Assembly: GCF_006345805.1 (NCBI RefSeq)
Contig: NC_042999.1
Coordinates: 153,636,001-153,700,000, forward strand
Length of the DNA stretch: 64,000 nt
Direction of reading: 5' to 3'
Source: Octopus sinensis
Lineage: Eukaryota
Part shown: piece after piece, positions 52,627 to 64,000 of the stretch
Layout of the letters: each line of letters starts with the position of its first letter
Numbering within the stretch: the stretch's first letter is position 1
Notes under the pieces: generated by a model
Seen by the model: only the letters and a program-made list of their open reading frames with translations
The model's database searches: none
What the model was told of the DNA's origin: nothing
Made by a program: the position numbers and the translations under genes

Positions 52627-53955
52627 AAGCTGAGCAAATGCCAAAAATTATAGGCCTATATCTCTGACTTCAAACATCAGCAAAGTCATGGAACGGATAG
52701 TCAGAGGGAAAATAATCGCATTCCTTAAAGAAAACGACTTGCTAAGTGATATCCAGTATGACTCGCGACCAGGTAGGAGCTGCCTGACCCAGCTCTTACA
52801 ACACTATGACTGGGTGTTGACGCAGTTATTCAACAACTCACATGTAGACTTAATATACCTTGACTTTACAAAAGCTTTTCACAAAGTGGATCATGGGATG
52901 ATATGCCACAAACTGCGTGATCTCGGCATAGTTGGAAAACTTGGAGAATGTTTACATGACTTTCAGAAAGATAGAAGTCAGGCAGTAGTGGCCAATGAGG
53001 ACACCTCAAAGAAAATACAAACAGTGAGTAGTATTCCACAGGGCACTGTCTTGGGACTACTACTTTTCATAGTAGCCCTCTTATATATGCCCTCAGCTGC
53101 TCGAATAACAACCCTTGCTAGCTATGCAGACGATACGAACGTCTCGCAGAAAATACAGAACCCCAGCGATGTTGCACACCTGTAACAGGAGTTGGACTCA
53201 ATTTACAGATGGGCTGTGGACATTAATATTCAGTTTAATACTGAAAAATTCCAAACTCTGCGCTACCAGCGTCCAAAACTGAACGAAAAACTTACAGGGT
53301 ACTCTGGCCCACAGAGAATTACAATCCCAGAGCCCAAATTAGTGCGTGATCTGGGTACCGACATGAGTGTCGATACCTCTTTCCAAGGGCACATTACCAG
53401 GATGGCAACAAAGTGCAGACGACTGGCTGGATGGATCTTGAGAACGTTCAGAACCAGAAAGAAGGAAATCATGATGGTCCTCTGGAGGACATTCGTCTTC
53501 AGCTTCCTGGATTATTGCTCCCAACTATGGTCACCCCACAGTGTGAAATTAACAGCTGACCTTGAAGCAATCCAGCGAAGATTCACAAAGATCGTCTCAT
53601 TGCAATATCTCAGCTACTGGGATAGTCTAAAAGCGCTATGATTTTACCTCCTGGAGCGAAGGCGGGAGAGATATTCAGTAATATACATCTGGAAGATCTT
53701 GGAAGGGATTGTGCCAAATTTCGGCATTGAAAGCTACACAAATACCAGAACGGGTCGCCACTGCACAGTGCCAAAGATCCCAGCAATGCCATCGCGCTTC
53801 AGGATCAGATACTGCAACAGCCTGAGTTTCAGGGGCCCACAACTTTTTAATATTCTCCCAAAGAGCCAGAGAGACCTACACAAAGTGGATGTAGGTGTTT
53901 TCAAATCAAAACTATATCTCTTCCTGTCGCGAGTCCCAGATGAACCTACCTCCGA
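52627..53955 (+). mobile_element. 5'-truncated CR1-group LINE (RT plus C-terminus), degenerate
   Basis: AKNYRPISLTSNISKVME, YLDFTKAFHKVDH, SIPQGTVLG, YADDT, YCSQLWSP. Confidence 0.92.
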
Positions 53956-54099
53956 ATTTGTTATAATAACCAGAATAATATTTTTTTCAGATATATTTGC
54001 TAGTATTGCGAGTGGTATTTAAATCAGGCAAATCTTCATATTGGTAGTACATGAAAGTGAACGTTGTTGTTTGTTTGAAGTCCAGACCGAAAGTAAAGT

Positions 54100-54260
54100 T
54101 GTTATTGAATGGTACGAGGAACATTCTAGTGAAGTTGAACATTTTATCTGACCACCACAGTCTCCAGATCTCAATATTATTAAACATTTATGGTACATTT
54201 TAGAAAAACAAGTAAGGAGTCGATATCCTTCACCATCATCACTACAAGAACTAGAGACAG
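54100..54260 (+). mobile_element. Tc1/mariner transposase C-terminal fragment
   Basis: WYEEHSSEVEHFI.PPQSPDLNIIKHLWYILEKQVRSR...SLQEL. Confidence 0.75.
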
Positions 54261-54529
54261 CTTACACATACGTACACAGATCCGTTCATGCATGAATTCT
54301 ATTTCTTTATTTTTCTCGATTCCTAGTAACCATAAGGCTGGTTATCAGGTTCCTATGGCGTATTAGTGACTGAAATCACAACATTCCCAAGTTAAGCTGG
54401 TGGGGATTTGGGCTCAGTGTGTAAAAAGCCAGAAGAAACATCGCAAAGCATTTTCTTCGGTGTGCTGATAATTCTGCTAGCTCGCTGCTTTGTGTACATG
54501 CATATCACAGTATCGACCAGGCCATCAAA

Positions 54530-55275
54530 TACATCAAATACTGTTGCTGGTTACAATGCACTTTTAATTCTGTCTTGATTGCGCCATTCTTTTCTCTCTC
54601 GACCCAAATTTTCCATCGACATGAAGGCCTTCCAACTGGGCCTTTTTCGATCTCTTGAATATACCACTCGGCAAATCTATGGGTTCACTTGTTGTCCATG
54701 AAACTAGCGATAAGACCCGGATCAGCGGCATTTGTGCATTCCGTACTCTGCGATCACGTCCTTTACTCCGACCCGCTCTTGAATTATCTCATTTCGAAGG
54801 TGCTCTCTCAATGATATTCCTCGCATGGATCTGTTCCTGGCCCTTTGCGTCGCAGCTAATCACAGTTCTTTTCTCTTCGTCGTAGCCCTCGTCTCACTTG
54901 CGTATAATAGCGCAGGTAGGACGGTCCTATTGAAGATCCTGACACGTATGGTACTGTCTAGCTTTGTTTGGAGAAATTCTTTAAGTTAAATGCCATATAT
55001 TCCGCCCTTATTCTCTTAGCGATTTTTGTATCATATCTCGGAGCGTATTCCCTGTGTACTCTAAGCAGACGTAGTCCTTTATCTCCTCGATTTCATCCCA
55101 TCTCACCACCGTTTGGTCTTATGCAACGTCATAAAAGGAATCACATACATAAATGCATACCTAAAACGTATGGTACTGTCTAGCTTTGTTTGGAGAAATC
55201 CTTTAAGTTAAATGCCATATATTCCGCCATTATTCTCTTAGCGATTTCTGTATCATATCTCGGAGCGTATTCCCT
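54530..55275 (-). mobile_element. RTE-clade LINE fragment with ~107-bp internal duplication
   Basis: RIFNRTVLPALLYASET...TQRA...MRGISL; 54947-55052 repeated at 55168-55275. Confidence 0.7.
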
Positions 55276-55719
55276 CAAACGTGTCTGCACACATACGTTT
55301 GTGTTAATGTTTATTACGTATGGCTAGATATACAGAGAGAGAGAGAAAGAGGGAGAGAGAGAGAGAAAGAGGGAGAGAGAGAGAGAAAGAGGGAGAGAGA
55401 GAGAGAAAGAGGGAGAGAGAGAGAGGGGGGAGAGAGAGGGGGTGAAGGAGATGGAGGTAGACGTGTAGGAAGGTAAATAAGAAACTAATGTAATTTATGG
55501 CGAGAAAATTAGAAAAGTTGTAAAGATGCGTTGGTAGTTTGATGAATGTATAATTAAAAAAATTCATGTGTGCTTATATGTGTTAACTATATACACCAGT
55601 ATATGTCTATGGATACATACGAATATATACGTACATATACATATATATATACAAACAAATATATCTACATATACATATATATCATATATATATATATATA
55701 TTATATATATTATATATAT

Positions 55720-55751
<32 letters not shown>

Positions 55752-55845
55752 TATATATATATATATGTATATATATATACACACACACATATATATATAT
55801 ATGTGTATATATATATATATTATATATATTATATATATTATATAT

Positions 55846-55887
<42 letters not shown>

Positions 55888-55949
55888 CATGTATAAATAT
55901 ATATACAGACAGGCATATATATCATATATATATATGTAATATACATATA

Positions 55950-56020
<71 letters not shown>

Positions 56021-56934
56021 ATCATGAGATATTTGACAGATTAAATTTGACAGGGAAATTTCAGTTCTATAAAAACTAATAAAATATTAGACGCCTGTAT
56101 GCTGTCATGTATTAGGATCTCTGTAGATCATTGCAATTAATAGGCAGAAGTAAACTATGACAACATTAGATATATAACAGCTTTATAATGGTTACAAATT
56201 AGATAAGTTTACTGTCTCCAAGTTTATTCATTGCTTGTATTTTTGGTTTTAGTGATTGATTAGAGAGACGAGCTTAAATTGTGGTTGGCAAATGATGGCT
56301 AATTAAAATTCATCTCTATAAATTAACCATTTCATAATAATAATTTCAACTTATGGTAATGTTATTTTGCTCCTACGTCTCCTACTAATGATTTCAAACA
56401 TCCCCTATATACTTAGGAAGTGATGTATCCTTTACAAAACACAGACCATCTCATGTGCTATTTTGATTTCCAATGATTAAAGATACGGGACAATCTTTGG
56501 TCCTGATGATGCATATTTCAATTGAATTTCATATTCGAATTTAGAGATGTGACAAATGCTATACTAAAAAAAAAAGGCCACTTTGAATTAATTTTTTTAA
56601 TTAATCGTGTTACTATTAATTGTTTAATTCCATTTTACCAATTTCGATGGAACAAACCCTATCGTGAAATGCACTCCACGTGACCATCCTATTTTTTGAT
56701 ATCTATGACCACGTTAAGTATCCTATAGTCATTTTTAATTGTCCATTTTTAACAAACAGGAAAAATAATTGTTAAGAAACTCGTTTTCAACCAGATGGTT
56801 TCGGGTTGAGGCACCACTGAGCGGCACCTTGAAAAAGTATCTTCTGATATAACCCCAAACTAACCAATACTTCCTGAGTGAATTTCGTTAACAGAAAGTG
56901 TGTGGGAGCTCATAATATATATGTATGAAGGCGG

Positions 56935-57160
56935 CGAGCTGGCAGAAACGTTAGCACGCCGGGCGAAATTCGTAGCCGTATTTCGTCTGTCGTTGCGTTC
57001 CGAGTTCAAATTCCGCCGAGGTCGACTTTGCCTTTCATCCTTTCGGGGTCGATAAATTAAGTACCAGTTACGCACTGGGGTCGATGTAAACGACTTAATC
57101 CCTTTGTCTGTCCTTGTTTGTCCCCTCTGTGTTTAGCCCCTTGTGGGTAGTAAAGAAATA

Positions 57161-57165
<5 letters not shown>
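56935..57165 (+). mobile_element. SINE family 2 monomer with tail-A
   Basis: Full head; ends tttgtcccctctgtgtttagccccttgtgggtagtaaagaaata plus microsatellite. Confidence 0.9.
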
Positions 57166-57196
<31 letters not shown>

Positions 57197-57443
57197 TGCA
57201 TGCATGCATGTATGTATGTATGTATGTATGTACGTACGTATGTATATATGTATGTATATACGTATGTATGTACGTAAATATGCATGTATGTATGTATGTA
57301 ACTATGTATGTGAGTTTGTGTAGTGTTTTTGTTTCTGCCTGTTTGTCCTCCCCGCCGCTCGACAAGTGGTGCTGGTTTGAGTTCGATTCCCGGCGGCGCG
57401 TCGTGTCCTTGAGTAAGACACTTTATTTCACGAGTTGTACTTG

Positions 57444-57690
57444 TATTCCAATGAGGCCAGCTTTGCCCTATTCAGTATACCCAGAGAATCTAACAAGGGG
57501 CTATTCTCTTATTTGTTTCAGTCAATTGACTGCAGCCATGCCGGAGCACTACCTTTAGTCGAACAAATCGACACCAGAACTTATTCTTTGTAAGCCTAGT
57601 ACTTATTCTATCGGTCTCGGTCTCTTTGCCGGACCGCGAAGTTACGAGGACGTAAACACACACACACACACACATACACACACACACTCA

Positions 57691-57727
<37 letters not shown>

Positions 57728-57926
57728 ACACGCGCGCGCGCACACACACATATATATATATATATATACATATATATCAAAATAAGCAACAAGAATGACC
57801 GGAGTCATTCTTGTTGCTTATTTTGATTATAATCACCCAACAGATTTATATGGATAACACCATACAGAATTCTGGTGCATCTAAATTAAGTACCATATTC
57901 ATTTGATCTAAATTTTTGCTGAACAA

Positions 57927-57972
<46 letters not shown>

Positions 57973-58226
57973 ATATATATATTCCAATGAGGCCAGCTTT
58001 GCCCTATTCAGTATACCCAGAGAATCTAACAAGGAGCTATTCTCTTATTTGTTTCAGTCAATTGACTGCAGCCATGCCGGAGCACTACCTTTAGTCGAAC
58101 AAATCGACCCAGAACTTATTCTTTGTAAGCCTAGTACTTATTCATCGGTCTCGGTCTCTTTGCCGGACCGCGAAGTTACGAGGACGTAAACACACACACA
58201 CACAACATACACACACACACTCACTA

Positions 58227-58258
<32 letters not shown>

Positions 58259-58283
58259 ACACGCGCGCGCGCGCACACACACA

Positions 58284-58314
<31 letters not shown>

Positions 58315-58473
58315 CATATATATCAAAATAAGCAACAAGAATGACCGGAGTCATTCTTGTTGCTTATTTTGATTATAATCACCCAACAGATTTATATGGA
58401 TAATACCATACAGAATTCTGGTGCATCTAAATTAAGTACCATATTCATTTGAATCTAAATTTTTGCTGAACAA

Positions 58474-58532
<59 letters not shown>

Positions 58533-59011
58533 CAATGAGGCCAGCTTTGCCCTATTCAGTATACCCAGAGAATCTAACAAGGAGCTATTCTCTTATTTGT
58601 TTCAGTCAATTGACTGCAGCCATGCCGGAGCACTACCTTTAGTCGAACAAATCGACACCAGAACTTATTCTTTGTAAGCCTAGTACTTATTCTATCGGTC
58701 TCGGTCTCTTTGCCGGACCGCGAAGTTACGAGGACGTAAACACACAACACACACACACACCACACACACACACACATACACACACACTCACTCACACAAC
58801 ACACACACACACACACATACACACACGCGCGCGCGCGCACACACATATATATATATATACATATATATCAAAATAAGCAACAAGAATGACCGGAGTCATT
58901 CTTGTTGCTTATTTTGATTATAATCACCCAACAGATTTATATGGATAACACCATACAGAATCTGGTGCATCTAAATTAGTACCATATTCATTTGAATCTA
59001 AATTTTTGCTG

Positions 59012-59054
<43 letters not shown>

Positions 59055-59055
59055 C
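57444..59055 (+). repeat. Tandem triplication, ~540-bp unit (SINE1 body plus 24-bp hairpin insert)
   Basis: ttccaatgaggccagc starts at ~57446, 57982, 58530. Confidence 0.9.
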
Positions 59056-59212
59056 ACGACAGGCTTTCAGTTTCCGTCTACCAAATCCACTCGAAAGGAT
59101 TTGGTCGGCCCGAGGCTATAGTAGAAGACACTTGCCCAAGGTGCCATGCAGTGGGACTGAACCCGGAACCATGTTGTTAGTAAGCAAGCTACTTACCACA
59201 CAGCCACGCCTG
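59056..59212 (-). mobile_element. SINE family 1 head
   Basis: Reverse complement of the family 1 head. Confidence 0.85.
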
Positions 59213-59853
59213 CGCCTCTGTTAAGGATACGCATGTCTGTGGAGTACTCAGCCACTTGTGCGTCCATTTCAAGCGCAGGCTGTTCCGTTGATCGGATCAG
59301 CTGAAAGACTCGTCGTCGTAACCGACAGAGAATCAGTTTATCAGAGTCTCCTTAAAAGGTTTGTCATATGTAACCTCCTTTCATGGATTATAATATAAAC
59401 AGAATACCGTTAATTAAACAACTCGAAACTTAATTTATCCCTTAGTTAAGCAGGTTGACAATTAAAAGTTTCCTTATTAATGAAGCAGCTTGACAGAAAC
59501 AACGTGGCTTAATTACCTTTCGACTTAATTGCTTTTCAGTAAAAATATTTTGAAAGAATAGATTTTAAAATCCTATTCCTACAGTGGATCGTCTTTAAAG
59601 TAGTTCTTGACGACAAAATGCCCTTACTCTGGTTGAAATGAATGCTTAATGACAAACGAGTTCTGTTTATCCTGTTCGTTCCATGAAACTTATGTATGTG
59701 TTTGTGTGTGTATGTGTGTGTGTGTGTGTATAATTATATACATATATATATGGTATATACATTTAAATATATATACATATATATATACATGTATATATAC
59801 GCATATATATACATATATACCTACATACATACATACATACATACATACATACA

Positions 59854-59931
<78 letters not shown>

Positions 59932-59977
59932 AATTAAGAAATGGAGTTAAACGCAGGTGTTATTCAAATCTTTATTA

Positions 59978-60066
59978 CTTCCGACATATGTTTCGAAGAA
60001 ATCATTGGTATTATTCCTGAGGGAATAAAATGATGTGAAACAATGTAATTATCTCGTCAGGGGAAA
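59978..60066 (-). ncRNA. Canonical-core type-I hammerhead-like fold, long stem II
   Basis: Minus strand: ttccc-CTGACGA-GA...cattg..ttattcc/ggaataa..caatg...TC-GAA-ACATATGT-C-GGAAG. Confidence 0.65.
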
Positions 60067-60129
60067 AGAGAAACAAAACACATCACTAAGCCATTTTAAC
60101 CGAATGTGATTACCGCGTATATGATGAAG

Positions 60130-60700
60130 GGGAACGCTGGAAAGTTATTTCTTTCAAAAACCGTTAATAGATTTAACTTAATGTCAAAAACATTTCAATA
60201 GATTTAACACCAAAAAACCTTTCATGAATCATCTCTTCGCATAACGATAAGTTGTTAGATACAAATCCACTCAATGAAAATAATAACATTGATATTATTA
60301 ACACTAACCATACTTTGAACAATAATAAGAACAATATTAGTATTTCTGATATAAATTCGAATCGCATTCATTTCCTTAGCAGTAATTTTAAATCTAGAAA
60401 CTCTGTCTATCAATGTAAAATTACTTCCGGTTCTGATGTCTTTTTTTTTTTTTGTGCATACGTAGTTCTTCATCTCAGCTGTCCAAAAGAATATCTAACC
60501 ATTACTCTACATTTAGACATATCAATAAATGCAACAATACTGGGCTTAGTAAATTAATTTTGTCTCTGAAGGAACATAATAAACAATTTTTCTATCTAGA
60601 TCCTTTCCATATGATAAATGCAAATCTTTTTGTCCGGTCTGTTCTGAAGAACAGTATCTCGGAGAATTCTCTTGTAAATACCTTTAAAGAGCGCGTTTAT
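60130..60700 (+). mobile_element. Degenerate Penelope GIY-YIG fragment
   Basis: NSVYQCKIT...Y.RSSSSQLSKRISNHYSTFRH...NNTGLSKLI.SLKE. Confidence 0.6.
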
Positions 60701-60808
60701 CGTTGGAAACATACAAAGAATAAGTCGTGGGGTCGATTTGTTCGGCTAAAGGCGGTGCTCTAGCATAGCCGCAGTCAAGTGACTGAAACAAATAAAAGAA
60801 TAAAATTA

Positions 60809-60844
<36 letters not shown>

Positions 60845-60848
<4 letters not shown>

Positions 60849-61610
60849 AGCCTACTACTCCCAACTATGGTCCCCAGGGGGTGTGAAACAAACTGTGGAA
60901 CCCGAAACAATGCAGCACCAACACACAAAGAAGATTGATACAAAAGATGGGCAGTTGGGAGAGGCTAAAGGAGCTGAGTGTTTATTTCCTGGAGAGAAGT
61001 CGAGAGAAATATGCGGTGATAAACATCTTGGAGGGTTTAGCTCCCAATTTTGGAATTGACAGTTATACCAATCCTCGAACTGGACGGCACTGCATCATAT
61101 CAAAGATCGCGTCTTCCCCATTTAAAATAAGGACATAGTACTGCAATAATCTGGGTTTCAAGGGCCCGCAATTGTTCAGCATCCCGCCAGGCAACCTCAT
61201 AGATCTGCATGGTGTTGATGTGGAAGTTTTCAAGGAACGTAGGCACAGGTTTCTAGCTGAGATTCCAGATTAACCCACATCGTGGCAGGAGACGCAAAGA
61301 GGAGCAGATCCGTCCAACTCGTCACTTCACCAAAAACAAAAGCTGAAGGCGGCGAGCTGGCAGAAAGGTTAGCACGCCGGGCGAAATGCTTGGCAGTATT
61401 TCGTCTGCCGTTACGTTCTGAGTTCAAATTCCACCTAGGTCGACTTAGCCTTTCATCCTTTCGGGGGTCGATCTAATCGACTGGGCGCCCCCCCCCCTCA
61501 AAATTTCGGGCCTTGTGCCTAGAGTAGAAAAAAAAGGGGAAACAACTACAGGTGGTGCACCAGCGTGACCTCAGCCCTGGGTAGAAAGCAATAAAAGATA
61601 AAAGATAAAT
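60845..61610 (+). mobile_element. CR1-group 3' region interrupted by a SINE family 2 tail-B copy (~61346-61530)
   Basis: YSQLWSP...WERLKEL...LERSREKY; tail ggtggtgcaccagcgtgacc. Confidence 0.8.
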
Positions 61611-61827
61611 GATATATATATATATATATATGTATCCGTTAGCTTTTTCGTGTTTTTCATTGCTCGTGGAGTGATATTTATATTTCTAGCAACTGTGACG
61701 ATGGGGTGTTATTAATTTGCTAGGCGATTTTGTTTATTTATTTGGTTCTTTATTCGTTTTCTTGTTTATCTGTATGTATATGTGTGTGTGTATGTGTGCA
61801 TAAATATATATATATATATATATTTAA

Positions 61828-62817
61828 TCAATATAGGGTGGCAAAAAAAAAAAATTTTGTAGAATTTTTTTGCCACCAGCGGCCTAGTGGGAAAAAATTA
61901 AATAGTCATAGACCATTTTTAAGTTCAACATCAACAATCAAGGAACGGCCATAATAGGCCATTCACCCACTAGAAATAACAGCCAAGCTTCAAAGCTTCA
62001 ACCGCAAATAAAAGTCAATTCCGTAAACAGGAGAAAATTTTAAAAAACATTTACCCTGTAATTTCTTATACGATGCACCGTTCGTCTGCTGTTTAATGGT
62101 AAACTAACCTGATTAAATTAAATCAAGCCAATCTTCCATAGGCCCTCAGATTCATCAGTAAGAAATAGCCACAAGTCGGAACAGATATTTTCACGAGGCA
62201 TCTCCGACCCTGCCAAGGTAATATCTGACCTAAAATTTTCAAATCATCGCACTCGCGCCAAATTTATCGGCAGCAAATAAATATAAGCCGTCGATTCCAT
62301 TACGGAATTAACCAGAAAATTCATAATTAATCAATATAGGGTGGCAAAAAAAAAAAATTTTGTAGAATTTTTTTGCCACCAGCGGCCTAGTGGGAAAAAA
62401 TTAAATAGTCATAGACCATTTTTAAGTTCAACATCAACAATCAAGGAACGGCCATAATAGGCCATTCACCCACTAGAAATAACAGCCAAAGCTTCAACCG
62501 CAAATAAAAGTCAATTCCGTAAACAGGAGAAAATTTTAAAAACATTTACGAGATGCCTCGTGAAAATATCTGTTCCGACTTGTGGCTATTTCTTACTGAT
62601 GAATCTGAGGGCCTATGGAAGATTGGCTTGATTTAATTTAATCAGGTTAGTTTACCATTAAACAGCAGACGAAACGGTGCATCGTATAAGAAATTACAGG
62701 GTAAATGTTTTTAAAATTTTCTCCTGTTTACGGAATTGACTTTTATTTGCGGTTGAAGCTTTGGCTGTTATTTCTAGTGGGTGAATGGCCTATTATGGCC
62801 GTTCCTTGATTGTTGAT
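61828..62817. repeat. Direct plus inverted duplication mosaic of an unclassified element
   Basis: ~61828-62055 repeated at ~62328-62550; ~62550-62815 is the reverse complement of ~61940-62210. Confidence 0.85.
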
Positions 62818-63199
62818 ATATATATATATATATATATATGGATGGATGTAAGTATGTATGTATGTCATTGTTCAGTTTTATTTCAAGATTATTGCCAATA
62901 CAGAAAGAATTTGTTTCTGACCTACATCCAAGGCTCCTTCATTGGAATTTCAACATCAACAACAGGGTATGTATGTATGTATGTATGTGTGCAGATTTGT
63001 ATGTTTTGTTTTATGTATGTATTCTCATGCACATAGTTGCATATCTAGACATGCTCATATATGTTTAAATGATAGACTTCTGTGTGTCAGTGTGTGTGTG
63101 TGTGTGTGTGTGTGTGTAGTGTGTGTGCATGTGTGTGTGCGCGCGCATGTGTATGCGTGTGTTAGTGTGTGTGTGTATGCGTGTATCTTTGTATCAGTG

Positions 63200-63395
63200 T
63201 TTTTCCTTACCCACCACATAACAATCGGCGCTGGTGTGTTTGCGTCCACTCAACTTAGCGGTACGGTTTAAAAGGCCGACAGAATAAATACCAGGCTTCA
63301 AAAAATAAAATAAATAAATACTAGGGTCGATTCATTCAACTAAAAATTCTTCAAGGTGGTGCTCCAGCATGGCCACAGTCTAATGAATGAAACAA
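63200..63395 (+). mobile_element. SINE family 1 body/tail
   Basis: Same body and tail. Confidence 0.8.
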
Positions 63396-64000
63396 AACAA
63401 AACAAAAAACAAAGAAAAAGATTTTAAAAAAACGCGACGAAATGTACTTTTAAATTGTATGTAAGACTGGATGAAGCTAACCAACTTCTGTGCCAAATAA
63501 CTTCTTACCAATACCTTCTTCTCCAGAGCACGGAATTTATTCAGATGTGCCAAGCCTTGTATGAAAAGTGATCCAGTTATTTCTGAACTTTTAATCATAC
63601 GAAAACTACGAAATAGAATCAGTGAGATAATGGTGTACGTCAAAATGGAAACGAAATACGTAAGACAAAACGACTCACCGTTTCTTTTATATTCTCAAGA
63701 CACTACATTATTTCAGTTTGAAATTTAAGCCTTATAAATTCATTAACACGTTCCAAAACCATTCCCATAAGACTTCGTCAATTATGTGTGAAATACAAAC
63801 CTTTTAAAACACAATGTCACGTGCAGAAATCATTCTTAGCCATCAGCATCAGTTCGTTTGTTTTGCCTTGTTTTTATTTGTTTCTCTAGTTTTTGCTGTT
63901 CTTTTAAGTATTTGTTTGTGATTGGAATCTGAAAACCGTAAGCACTACTGACTATTATTTTTTATGTATAAGCACGGCTGTATAGTTGAGAAGTTCGCTT

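Overview
Repeat-saturated eukaryotic intergenic/intronic DNA, most likely from a coleoid cephalopod (Octopus-type tRNA-SINE families, dense TA/TATG/TATC/TAA microsatellites; organism is my inference). Most predicted ORFs are microsatellite artefacts. The real content is layered retroelements: CR1-group LINEs (one near-full ORF2 at ~16.9-19.9 kb), Penelope-like elements (PLEs, including a 1.6-kb inverted duplication), L1/Tx1-like 3' ends sitting in (TATC)n, R4/Dong-like elements in (TAA)n, RTE fragments, three tRNA-SINE families, a hAT MITE and a Tc1 scrap. One probable host gene is visible on the + strand: a signal-peptide exon (26313-26429) phase-compatible with an N-glycosylation-rich exon (40229-40667). 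Highlights: hammerhead-ribozyme folds in PLE termini, including a U3-A8 compensatory core variant in two families; a SINE with a Tx1-like LINE tail that forms head-(core-tail)n concatemers, suggesting self-targeted insertion; a U6 snRNA pseudogene fused to a 5'-truncated CR1; and a second SINE sharing the CR1 3' stem-loop tail. Element boundaries are read by eye and approximate (about +/-10-30 nt) unless motifs are quoted. No database searches were run. There is a 100-N gap at 51720-51819.
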